From the NCBI RefSeq assembly GCF_000315625.1, contig NW_005434653.1, positions 415,745 to 479,744 on the forward strand: DNA of 64,000 bases, in the 5' to 3' direction. The notes beneath the pieces are model-generated. The model worked only from the letters and a program-made list of their open reading frames with translations. It was not told where the DNA came from and did not search any database. Shown here piece by piece: positions 39,977-51,959 of this stretch. Position 1 is the first letter of the stretch, and the number at the start of each line of letters is the position of its first letter. The stretch is from Guillardia theta CCMP2712. Its lineage: Eukaryota > Protista > Cryptophyta. The position numbers and the translations under genes were made by a program.

Positions 39977-42900
39977 TCACAGCTGATGCGAAGAATCTTT
40001 CAAGCTCTCAATCCAACTGTCCACCTCCTCCTTGCTCTTGCAGATGAACTCATACGTCCTGTTGTTCTGCACGTCCCTGATCACGAAGCTTCGCTCGTCC
40101 TGCCCGTGGTCCACCAGGCAGGCGGGGAGGAACAGAACTCGCTTCGGGATCGCGTTCGCCTTGAGCGCTTCGGCCCCTTCGAAGCACTTGAGCCTGTTTC
40201 CCACTAGGACGAAGAACCTCTCCTTGAGCACCGAAGTGAAGAACCCCTTCTGCCTCATCCAGCCTCTTTTCCTCTCGTAGGGCTTCGCCTGGTGACTCAG
40301 GCTCGACCTCCGGTCCTTGTCGCTCCACGTGCCCGCAAAGTTCTCCTTGAGAAAGTCTCGGATGTCATAGGCGAGGAGGCTGCTGAGGAGCTGCAGGAAC
40401 TGAGCACAGACCAGCCGCGTCCTCGGGTCCCTTGATGCGTACAGCTGCTGCATGGAGGTGCCAGGCAGCTCAAGGAGGATGTTGACATGAAAGCTTCCTG
40501 TCTGGTGCATGTAGGTAGCCGCTGCCTTTCCTTGCACGTAGTTGGACAGGCCGAAGTAGGAGCCTTTCCTGACCACCTTGTGAACCCCCTCACTCCTGTA
40601 CAGCTGGACTTCTCCTGAGTGGACGAAGAAGAGGCTGGAGCAGTTCTGAGCCGCCTCGATGGGCTCTCGAGCTCCCAGGCGGTGGACGATGCCGTACTTG
40701 CGGAGGAGGTAGGCGACCGAGGGGTTGTGGAAGACGTCCTCTTTGGACATCCTCCGAGACTCGGTGGCTGTCTCAGCGATCCTCTTGAGCAGGTTGTGGA
40801 CGTGATAGGCCTTGTAGGGGCTGGTGAAGGTAAGCTCAACCCAGTAGACCATCTCGTCGTGTAGCGCGTCCAGGTCCTCGGCGAACTCGATCGCGATGGT
40901 GGTGATCTGGAACTTGTGGGCGAAGGAAACCTTGAGGATCTGGTTATTCTGTATCAAGAGAGCCTTGGAGTCTACTAGCGGCCCGAAGATCATCGGGTCC
41001 AAGACGATGTAGTGGCTGAGGAAGATAATCCTCGACCTGAAGCTCTTGCCGATGCCGATGCGCTTGCAATGGCACTTGAAGCTCTGAACGAACCTCTGGC
41101 TCAGCGGCAGCGAGAACGTCTTGATGCAACTGAACGCACAGACGTCATGTTCACATCGCGACAAGACAAGAGATAGAGTGACCTCTGTCGCAGCTGCTCC
41201 TTGCTGTCTTGGTCGCCCACCACCGACTGCCTGTCAGTGAAAGCCTTCAGACATGCCATCCTGATCGCTTCGTTCTGAATCCTCTCCAGGTAGAGCGAAA
41301 GCTCGATGCTGACACCGTGATAGAACGTGACCAGGTCGACTTGGTCTACACCACCTACATCGATGGACTTGGTAGAATGGGCGGTAGAGTCCATGGCCTC
41401 CTTGTAGATGTCTTGCAGTAACTTCTTGTCTGCAAAGTTCAACATCTCCCCTTGCAACCTCGTCGACTCCTTCCTCAACAGCAACTTGGACGCGATCTTC
41501 TCGTACATCGTCTGCCCCCCGGACACGTCGGGCAGAGTTGAGTCAGTCCATGACGGCTGCCGCTCTAGGAACCTCTTGACGAGGCTCTTGGTGTGGCGGA
41601 ACTTGTTCGTGCCCTTGTCTTGTTGCTTGCTCTCAGCAGAGGACGAGCTGGACTTCAGGTGGACTTCTATCACCTCCGCCTCTCCCTCTCGCACCCTGTA
41701 CGCCATGGACGGCTGAGAGTTAAGAAACTGAGACAAGCCCAGTATGCTGCCCTCGCTATGGATACAAAACAGCGGGACTCGGACGTCGCCGTCCAAGGAG
41801 GCGTCAGGTACGCAGGTACCAAGGGGATGGTAGTTCTGAGCAGAGTCTGATCTCCGCACGACTCCTTCTACCACTCCACTCTTGACGAGAAAGATCTTAT
41901 CCTCCACGTAGCCCTCTGGTATGATGACCTCGTGCTTGCGGAAAGTTCTGACCGTTGCCATCGGGTTGTTCTCGAACAGCTTGAAGAACTTCTTCTTGTC
42001 GAAGTAAGGAACGTTCAGAGTCTCGTCGCCCACCAGGATTTCCTCCGTGCTCGTGTGCAGCGCAATCTGAAAGTTGGGGTCGCAAACAGCATGCGCCATG
42101 TCCCTGTGCAGCAGGTCGATGCTTCTCTTCCGAAAGACGATAATCTTCTGATCTTCATAGAAGGATGTGTTGAAGTGGAAGAAGCAGAACGTCTTTCGAG
42201 CTCCCGTCCTCCTACGGCTCTGTACATCTCAAAGTCACGGAGGAGAGGTCTTGAGATCAGATCGTTACCTGGTGCGTGAAAACTTCAACCCTCACGTCTC
42301 CTCGTACAATGACGTTGCACTGATAAACCCTGTGCCTCCACGACTCTTTACTCAACCCCTGAGAAATCACAAAGGGAACTCCGTATCGTTTGAGCGAGTC
42401 GAAGACAACAACTCTTTGGGAGATGATCACAAAGCTGTGGAGAACATCAACTCGGCACTGCACAAACAGTTCACCTCTCACCTGAAAACAAAGTCTTGCT
42501 TTCCGTTCAGCAGCCTTTCAGCCAAGAGTTCAAGTCTGTCCAGAGACATCTGTCTCACGGACCACGGATCTATCCCGCTGTACAGCACCGCCTCCACGTA
42601 GTGCACATATCGCTGCTGGCTCGGCCCCTCCACGCTCTGGTTGTGCTTCACCTGCTTCCTCCACATGCAGCTCGACCCCTCGTTCGTCACCTCGTCCAGC
42701 TCGTCGTCAGGGTTGAAGTCCTCCGTCCTCCTGTACGCGAACAGCTCCAGCGCGTCCAGCGCTGACCTACGATGCCCCGTCCACATCAGCAGGGCCGCGA
42801 TCATGACGCCTGTCCTGCCCTTGCCTCCCTTGCAGTGCACCACCACCACGTTCTTCCTGTCCCTCTGCAGCCACGACGACGCTTCCTGGCAGAAGTAGAT

Positions 42901-44613
42901 CAGCTCCGCCAGCAGAGGAGGCGCGTGATCCTCGAACGGGATGCGCTGGACTTGGTTGTAGAGCATCTGGGGATGGTAGTTCCCCATGGACCCGTCGGAG
43001 GAGGTATAGGTGTCGCAGAGGTTGAACACGAAGAACTTCCCGTGATGCCGCAGCGACAGGAAGCGAGCCACCACATGGATGTCGTTGCGGTACGCCGTGT
43101 GCCCGCCGAAGGCAGGAGCGGACATGGCGATGACGCGGTTGGTGATGTAGGTGAGGTCGAGGTCGTAGCCGTGCTTCTTGTACCTGCGCTTGTTCTGCGA
43201 GACTGCGGTCCTGAGCTTCTGGTTGACGGCGCCGCTGATCTTCCTTGCCCTGCGTATGCCGAGGAGGATACGGAGGACCCTTGCTCCGACAGCGACACGG
43301 GAGAGGATGCGGAGGCCGGAGGTTGGGTTGGTCCCCTTGACAAGGTACTGATCGAAGGCACCGGCTTCGTACAAGAGCCTTGAAGTCACTGCAAAGGTGC
43401 TGAACCAGATGACGACGAAGTCGAAGATGTTCCAAGAGACCATCCAGAAGCGCCTGCCAAGAGCCAGTTGCCTGAGGGATAGCTCGAGAACGAAGACGAA
43501 GCCAATGCTCACGTTGATGCCAATCTGCACGGGAGTCTGATGATCGGACTCGTTAGAGTCAAAGGCAAACAAGAGAACATTGATAACATCCGTGATGACA
43601 AGAACAAGTATAATGGCGTTGACCCACAATGACTCGATCGCGTTGGCTAAACTTTCTTTCCAGTATTTCACATCGTCATTCTCGTTTTCAACCAATTGCT
43701 CCCACTCGAGAAACACATCGTTGAGTTTTCCGCCAACAAACTCAAATGCTGTCGAGATCATGGCTTCAGACGAAGCCACGGCTGCTGCCTCGTTGTGTAC
43801 CGAAGCTTTCAGCTGGATACCACCTTCGATAGCCTCCAGAGTATCAGCAAGCGCAGGGACTTGCCATGTTGAAAGCTTCTGGATCGGAAACGTTGCAAGA
43901 GTGAAATGAAGCTGTGTCGGACTTCCACTGTGTCCCATAACTCTCTCCCCGCTCTGAGCTGCGAGATTGAACTTGAGGTCGAGCTCGGTTGAAGAGAAGG
44001 GAAGGATACGTGTCAGGTCCAACACGACGCGCCCGATCAATTCAGTCCTTGCGCTGTCCCAATGATACACAGAGATCGTGAGATTGCTGGCCTCCCCTCC
44101 TGATTCCAACTCACATCTTCTCCGCGCCCTGTCGAAATGATGCTCATGAACAAAGATTTCAAAAGTTTCGTTCCAGGTGTATTCAAGAGCACTGAACTTG
44201 ACGCTGCTCTGAAACTCTTGGCTATCAAAGGAAAACGTGCAGAAGCAATCACACGTGGTATCCGAACCTGTGCTCGGCAAGTCGACGGCTGATTTCAAGT
44301 TGATCAGGAGAGTCTGATGCAATGGTGCCGGCCCAGACCTCGGCTGGGGCGGGTTACCTTCATCCGTGATATCATGCTGCTCAATGAACTCTGCATCTGT
44401 GAAAGGATATATCTTCTCACCGGCCTCCAATGTTTCATTTCCTGTCCTGTGTCTTTCAGGTAGCTTCTTCTCTTTCCGTACATAATTGATGGAGAGCGGG
44501 TTGTTGATCACCACATCCAGGGTCTCGCATTCTTCCAGGACTATGTCCGAAGACAGGTCTCCATTGCCCTCGTGAGCTCCGTGGTATGGTCCAGCTTCAA
44601 CTCTGTACTCCAT
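39977..44613 (-). CDS. Voltage-sensing phosphatase (VSP/TPTE-like) copy A: C2-VSD-PTEN phosphatase-PTEN C2-cNMP-like-GRAM-cNMP-like-PH
   Basis: S1-S4 (LVITDVI, FVLELSLR, WNIFDFVV, LRILSRVAVGARVLRIL), VSQNKRRY..DLDLTYIT, PFEDHAPP, HCKGGKGRTG, VEGPSQQRYV, FHFNTSF, EVIIPEG..IFLVKSG, GRAM-like FSLPLSQRFVQSFKC, PH GWMRQKG..ERFFVL..VDSWIESL; three short GT-AG introns link ORFs 42478-44646, 42257-42481, 41101-42099 and 39977-41164. Confidence 0.88.
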
Positions 44614-47600
44614 ATTGAGGAGAATTTCAAACTCTTTCTCTGACAATCCTGTTCCTCAAGGTTCTAATTAACTTCGATGTCACTTTCCATCCTGGCTCAC
44701 AACTCCCTTGTTCTGCTGTCCTTCCCTGCGATGAATGAGATCGGAGATCAACTCATTCAAGAGAGTTACAACCTTACTCTTATTGAATCTTCTCAACCAT
44801 GGCGCGCTCCCTGCTTCTGATCCCTTGCGCCTTCAGTATGGTCCTGACTGTACCATGGTTCGCAATTTGGGTCCCCATACCACCCCTTCATTTCAGGTAT
44901 TCGAAGGGGTGGGGGTGATGAAGGAAGTGGGGTCGGTCAATCCGGGACGGCTGAGACTCAAGTACCCCACCCCCAACCCAACTCCAATCTTTTTGCCACC
45001 CTTTTTGAGAGCACAGATGAGGGGGTCCTTTCATAGCCTCTCAATTAGTGAAAGTCACTGAGAGTGGTGAATCAGGAGTTCTGCCCGGGGTCACTGAGGG
45101 GTGGGGGTAGGGGGGTACTACGGTACCGGCAGTGCTCAAAAAAGTGAGGAAAGAAAAACGCAACTTCGAACTGACAGCTGAAATATTAGTCAATCCTCTT
45201 CACGCTCTCAGCCTTTTTTACTCAAAGTTAATGCCCGGCCGCGGCCGCAGTGCGCCGGGCCCGGGGTCACCGTACGGTGGTGATGGTCGGACTGAGCCCG
45301 GCCTGGAGTCTGCCGCCGGCCGCGCAGTGCTCCGAGGCTACTCCGGTGACCGGGGCCCGGGGAGTCCGAGGCTCACTGAGTCAGGCTCGGAGCGCCCGGG
45401 CCCTCTGAGTGACCGTCGGCGAGGCTCAGAACTGAGGCCTCAGCGAGTTGACTCGGAACTGAGCCGGGCGGGCCCCCGGGCGGCCCCACCGGTCGCTCAG
45501 CTGATTTTTTTTATAATAGAGTTTTATCATTCTAGGTCGACAGGCATAGATCATAGATACTCGGGAGTAGGGGAATTCATTATTGGGTATTAATATTATA
45601 ATGGTACAAACAGTTATAGCTTACTGGTAGCTAGAGATGACCTTTTTCTACCAGGCTGGGAGATATTTCAGAAACAGCGCTACTGTTGCTTCTTTCTTAT
45701 AACACATTTAATGTACAAAACTTTAAAATTATTTTTCCTTTAAAAGTTACAGGGCAAAGGACCATGGCAGGACGCCTGCTAGAGGAGGGTTTGGTCTGAG
45801 ATGGAAGGAGGCGGGGCAAGACGAGTGGCACGTGGCGTGCATGGTTGAAAGAAGATCTCGATTTCGCTCGTGTGAAGATGAAGGAATGAAGCTCTGAGGA
45901 ACGAACTCCTGTCGCAGTCGACGAGGAACAGCATGAATACCCAGCGGACGTTGTAGTTCAACACAACATGCCTAAAGAATCGGTTGTGTTGGAGGTGGAT
46001 ATACAGGACGAAGGTCCTATCGTCTCTATAGCTGAGGACGATTCAGGAGCAACATCAGGCAAAGGGCTGAACATCCCCCTTGAGCCAACTGTCTCCCTAA
46101 GTACCGTGAGGGTCAAAAAGCACAAGCTGCGCGCCCCGGACTTTCCTCTGCCGCCGCCTCCTGCTAGAGATCGCACGGGGATAGAAGTGCTCCAGCCTGG
46201 AGAGAAGATCTATCCTTACACTGATGCTGAATTCATCGAGCAGAACGACATCACTGATGAAGGCATCCCCCCCGAGCCGCGCGCTGGACCGCCGGCCGAC
46301 CACCAGAGGCTGCGCATGCTTGTGAGGTCGGCGACGGATCTCCCTCAGATGGACCTTGCAGGAAAGTGCGACTGCTACTGCAAGGTGTCCTTTGACAATC
46401 AGGAGCATCAATCTACGATCAAGTTCAACTGCTTCGACTGCTCCTGGAACGAGACGTTCGAGTTCTTCCTGCACGAGGCTAACATCAACTTTGCCAAGTT
46501 GTGTGGGCCCAGTGGGAGCTGCGGCAAGACCATCATGGTTGCCTTGTATGATTGGGACAGGCTGAAGAGAGCGGATCTCGTCGGAAGGATCTCCATCGAC
46601 CTTGCTCAGATCGTCAACATGTCATCGGAGGGCCAGGACTTCACTGTTGCTCTGATGTCTCAGACGGGAGAAGACGTGATAGGGCACAACGGAAGGGCGA
46701 CGCAGGTCTCATTCCACATACAGATGTTGCCCATCGCTCAGATGAGGCACTGGCAACCGCCTTCGCTGTCACAGACTCTGTCGACAGTAGGAGGAGAGTC
46801 GAAACTCAAGGGCGACTTCACTCGAACAAGCTCGACGATGAGCGGCCTGATTCGAAGCAACGCATCTGTTCAGACAGTTGGAAACACGATCAATGATATG
46901 TTCTTGGAATGGGAGGACGTGGAGCAGGAGGAGAACGACAATGACAAGTACTGGAGGGAGCAGCTGGCCAGAGCGATGGAGTCCCTGTGGATCAATGCCC
47001 TTGTCCTTTGTCTGGTAGTTACCGACGTTGTCAGCATCCTTGTGTTTCTGAACGACAGCTCAACCTCCAGCGAGCCTCCTGTACAGATCGGCATCAACAT
47101 GAGCGTGGGAAGTGTCTTTGTCATAGAGCTCACTTTGAGGCAACTTGCGCTCAGAAGGCGGTTCTGGTTCAGCATCTGGAACATCTTTGACTTCGTCGTC
47201 ATCTGGTTCAGCGCCGGAATCATGATCTCACGCTTCATCATGGTGGATGGAGCAGGAGGGATAACAGGAGGTCTCTCAGGCACAAACACAGCCTCCGGCC
47301 TCCGCATCCTCTCCCGTGTCGCTGTCGGAGCAAGGGTCCTCCGTATCCTCCTCGGCATACGCAGGGCAAGGAAGATCAGCGGCGCCGTCAACCAGAAGCT
47401 CAGGACCGCAGTCTCGCAGAACAAGCGCAGGTACAAGAAGCACGGCTACGACCTCGACCTCACCTACATCACCAACCGCGTCATCGCCATGTCCGCTCCT
47501 GCCTTCGGCGGGCACACTGCCTACCGCAACGACATCCATGTGGTGGCTCGCTTCCTGTCGCTGCGGCATCACGGGAAGTTCTTCGTGTTCAACCTCTGCG

Positions 47601-48052
47601 ACACCTATACCTCCTCCGACGGGTCCATGGGGAACTACCATCCCCAGATGCTCTACAACCAAGTCCAGCGCATCCCGTTCGAGGATCACGCGCCTCCTCT
47701 GCTGGCGGAGCTGATCTACTTCTGCCAGGAAGCGTCGTCGTGGCTGCAGAGGGACAGGAAGAACGTGGTGGTGGTGCACTGCAAGGGAGGCAAGGGCAGG
47801 ACAGGCGTCATGATCGCGGCCCTGCTGATGTGGACGGGGCATCGTAGGTCAGCGCTGGACGCGCTGGAGCTGTTCGCGTACAGGAGGACGGAGGACTTCA
47901 ACCCTGACGACGAGCTGGACGAGGTGACGAACGAGGGGTCGAGCTGCATGTGGAGGAAGCAGGTGAAGCACAACCAGAGCGTGGAGGGGCCGAGCCAGCA
48001 GCGATATGTGCACTACGTGGAGGCGGTGCTGTACAGCGGGATAGACCCGTGG
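42562..48052. repeat. Near-perfect inverted repeat, arms 42562-43322 and 47292-48052 (about 760 bp), spacer about 4 kb
   Basis: Arms are reverse complements. Only three differences noticed by eye, all synonymous (ACG/ACT, GCG/GCC, GAT/GAC). Confidence 0.9.
45217..45500. repeat. GC-rich palindromic island between the divergent VSP genes, starting with TTTACTCAAAGTTAA
   Basis: Direct observation; contains the symmetry axis (about 45307) of the inverted repeat. Confidence 0.55.
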
Positions 48053-51000
48053 GTTAACCAGCGGCTGTTTCTGTCGGGGATAGAGTTGTGCGGGTCCCGG
48101 CTCTTCGATGGAAAGAGGAATGTATTCTTAAGGTGAACAAGAGAATGAGGAGAGGAGAGAGGGGGGAGAGAGAGGAGGGGAGGGGAGAGTGAAGGAAAGG
48201 GGTCATGAGAGAAGAGTGGAAAGGTGCCTATGTGTGTTTGTGACTTCTCTTTTGTGCTCTGCAGCTATACGGTGAGCTGTCAAAGAATCATGATTCTGGA
48301 CTCTCTCAAGAGATTTCGGATTCCCCAACAAATTTCTCCCCCTGTAGGACTTCAGGGGTTGAAAGCCATTCTACCAAGTGAAGCTGTTCTGTGGGGAGAT
48401 GTTCGGATAGAATTCTTCGCACATAAGGTGAAATAGTTTCCTCTTTCGCATTGCTCTACTCGCTCTTGTCTTCCAACCTTCCAAGTCTCCCTTCTCATGC
48501 TGCCGTTCTGATGCCCTTCCATTGTTGAGTTGTTGTTTTCCTCTGTCTGCTCTCTCGGAGACTTTTCATGTTCTTCCCTGCTGACTTCGAATGGTTTAGA
48601 ACTTGAACACGAACAAGAGAAAGCTCATCTGGTTCATCACCTTCAACACCGCTTTCCATTCGAGGACGGATAAACTGGTATTCCCAAAGAGAAGCATAGA
48701 CATGCTGCACAAAGACAAGAACAACACTGTCTGCGACATTGGCTTCAAGATCACCCTAACGCTCTCCTCCTCCATCGTCCGTTTCCACAGCCAAAAGATG
48801 CTCAGTGACGCCTCGTCGCACATCACAGACCTCAAGGCGTTCTTCGACCTCTTCACCAACAACCCATGTGCGAGGAGGATCTGCCTGAAGAAGGACCAGT
48901 ACTTGATCACGGAGGGAGCGAGGGAGGAGAGGCTGTTCATGGTGGAGAGCGGTGTCCTCGAGGGAGTGATCGTGAGCTCCCGGGATGATTCCGTCTCCTA
49001 CCATGCTCTCGGGAGCTGCGTGCCGCAGTCGGGAGGGCAGCAGAACCTGAGGGTCCCGGTGATCTGCATCCATGGCAAGGGGGCGATTATCGGGGCCTCG
49101 CAGTTTCTGAACCGCAGCTCTGCCTTCGGGTATCGCGTGAGAGGACAGGAGGCTGTGGTGATCGAGGTGCTGAAAGACAAGCGCGATGAGGAGGAGCCGG
49201 AGATCTTGCCTTCTCCCACCGTGGACTCCAACGGCAACGGGATGGTGCGAGCATCGATGGAGTCGACGGGCTCGCAGAGGTCGACGATGGAGGATGCACT
49301 GCACAGGCTGTCGTCCTTCCTGCGCGGGGAGTCGTCGTCGAGGATCACGAGGAGGTTTCATGCGGAGGAGGACAGGCGGCTGCTGGAGGAGATCTTCTAC
49401 AACTCCACAGTCTCCAGCGCCTCCGTGCGATTCGATCTGTCGGACGTGAGGGTCCTCGGGGTCAGCGATGCAGAGCTGCAGCACTTCTATCATGGTCTGA
49501 GCATAAGCCTTTCCATCAAGCTCGACCGATCGCAGCTCGAAGCAACGCGCATCGCGAGCCTGAAGTCATTCACTGACGCGCAGACTGCAGTAGGCAACCA
49601 GGATGTCCGGGAGAAGCTCCGAGATAGGTGTTAATTCCCCTCATCCCTTGACTTGCCTCCCTCCCTCCCTCTTGATCCCTTCCTCTCCCTTCATTCTCAT
49701 TCTTATTCTCATCACAACCTCCCCTGCTTCCAAAATCTCCCTTACTCCTCTGGCATCTAATCTTTCCTTTCATCTCCTCCTTTACGTTGAATGCGTCCAT
49801 CTCAATCGCTCCCTTCTCCCCTCTCTTCGCTCCCTCCTGCGCGCAACCTTCTGACGGGCCTGGGCAGCTGCATCAAGACCTTCGACCTGCCGCTCAATCA
49901 GAAGCTCCTCCAATGCTTCAAGTGTCACTTCAAGAGGATGGGAGACAACAAGTCAAACAGGACGCGCATCATCTTTCTCAATCAGTTTGTCATCATCGAT
50001 CCTCTCATCTTCGGCCCCCTCGTTGACTCGAGCTCCATCCTCCTCCACCACTCTCAGATCCATGGCGTCGCCTTCGCCAACCAGTTCCAGGCCACCACCG
50101 TCGTCGTCCACTTCTCGGAGCAGAAAGATGACGTCACCGAGGACGTACAGTTCTCCTGCGAGCTCACCTTCCAGAATGCCAGCCGGGCCCACCAGATCCT
50201 GAACTTGTTCGAGAAGATCATCAGGATTTCAGCCGAGTCGGGCTTCGCCGACAGGGAGCTGGTCTACCAGAACCCGGCAGTCGCCTACATCCTCCACAAG
50301 TGCGGCAAGGTGCACCACGTGGGCAAGAAGGAGCTCTTCCGAGCGGCCCGCAACTCCACCAGCCTCTTCTTCGTGTATGCTGGAGAAATCAAGTTGTGCC
50401 GGCCCGACGGGGTTCACAAGATCGTCAGGAAGGGGTTCTTCTTCGGGATGTCCAACTTCGTGCAGTGCAAGCCGGCTGCCACCTACACGGCGCAAGGAGG
50501 AACGACGAGGACCAATATCGTGCTCGAGCTCCCCAACGACTCCGTCGCTGTTCTCCAGGAGATCCCCAGCGGCTCTTCAGCGACCTCGCGCAGCTACATG
50601 CATGCGAGGTTCTTCCACTACCTCTGCACCCTGCTCGAGAGAGAGTACAGGTCTGTTCCTGTTGGTGGGGAGGGGAGGGAAAGGGAGGGGGGAAAGAAGG
50701 GAGAGGTAGTGAGGAGGGTAGCAGGAAGGAGGGAGGGGGGGGGGAGAAGGGGAAAGTGGAGGAGGAGGATGTAGAGGAGGATGAGATGCTGACAAAGAGA
50801 AACAGGGACGTGCTCAAGGAGATTTTTCCCGGCAGCTGGTGTCAGTCGGACTTTCACATGCCAGAGAGCCAGGGGGCGAAGAAGGGGGAGAGGAAACATG
50901 GATGGATGAAGCAGAAGGGCTACTTCAGTGCGGTATGGAAGCAAAGGTTCTTCGTGCTCGACAAGGACGTGCTCAACTGCTTCACGGAGAGCGATGCGCT

Positions 51001-51214
51001 GCGGCAGAACGCTACTCCCAAGAGGAGGCTGCTGCTTGCTGACTGCGAGGTGGAGTATGACGGCGAGGGCTCCTCGTTCATGCTGCGCGACAACTGCAAC
51101 AAGAGGGACTTTCATCTTGTCTGCTCCTCCCAGCTCGAGGCGAGCGAGTGGGTGTCATCGATCAAGTCGGGCATCGCAGCTGCTGCTGCCCAACCTCGTC
51201 GATGGCGAGTGTAA
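45968..51214 (+). CDS. Voltage-sensing phosphatase copy B, same domain order (exons about 45968-48132, 48265-48427, 48600-49627, 49868-50650, 50806-51214)
   Basis: Same motifs as copy A; C2 DLPQMDLAGKCDCY..YDWDRLKRAD; PH HGWMKQKG..QRFFVL..EASEWVSSI. Confidence 0.88.
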
Positions 51215-51959
51215 TGGAGCGAGCAGGAGAACGAGTGGGAGGAGGAGAACGAGTGGGAGGAAGAGAACCAGTGGGAGGAAGAGAAGTTTTTGAACATTTT
51301 GGAGGAGAAAGGAGTTTTTCCGGATGTGAGAAGAGGGCAGAAAGGGATGTAGGGAGGGAGGGAGGATGAGATTTTGTGAATGTCCGTGAATGTTGTTGAT
51401 GTTTCATTAAGAGGCAACTTGTCGAATTTGATTGAATAAAACTAATGAAATGAACGATTTTTGACAAGCTTGCAGGAAGTTATTACTACCCCCACCCCTT
51501 ACTATTACAGGAGTCCTCTTATCCAGATAGACCACCCCTTGTGCGGACCCAGGAAATGCTGGGCCGTTGACGTTGACCAGAAGGAGAGTCGTGAAGGATG
51601 AAGATGGAGAAGGAGAGCGTGAGGGGAAGGCTGCGAAGAGAGGAGGGAGGAGGAGCAGGAGGAGAGAACAAGGGAGAGGAAGAGGAAAAGAAAGGAGACG
51701 AGAGAAGGGGAAGGAAGAGAGAGGGACAGGGACAAGTAGAGGGAGAGCGCGCGGGGGGGGAAGGGGAGGGGGAGGGGAATCGAAGCAATAAAGACGGGTA
51801 TCAGAAAGCAAGGACAAGGACAAGGACGAGGACAAGGAAAAGGAAAAGGAAAAGGAAAAGGACGAGGACAAGGAAAAGGACAATAGGAGGGAGCATGGCC
51901 CCGAAACATCAAGCAGATGCCATTGAAACATATTCGAGTGCCGATGATCTCCCTGACGT

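Noticed and set aside
43250-43650. Four-TM domain as an Hv1 proton channel or Kv channel fragment
   Set aside because: No pore domain, no Hv1 RxWRxxR motif, and it is fused through the SQNKRRY linker to a phosphatase, as in VSPs.
42496-47973. Long antisense ORFs duplicated in both VSP genes
   Set aside because: Shadow frames of GC-rich coding sequence, duplicated only because the arms are identical.
42562-48052. Inverted repeats as transposon TIRs
   Set aside because: The arms are coding parts of the phosphatase genes; no transposase or target-site duplication seen.
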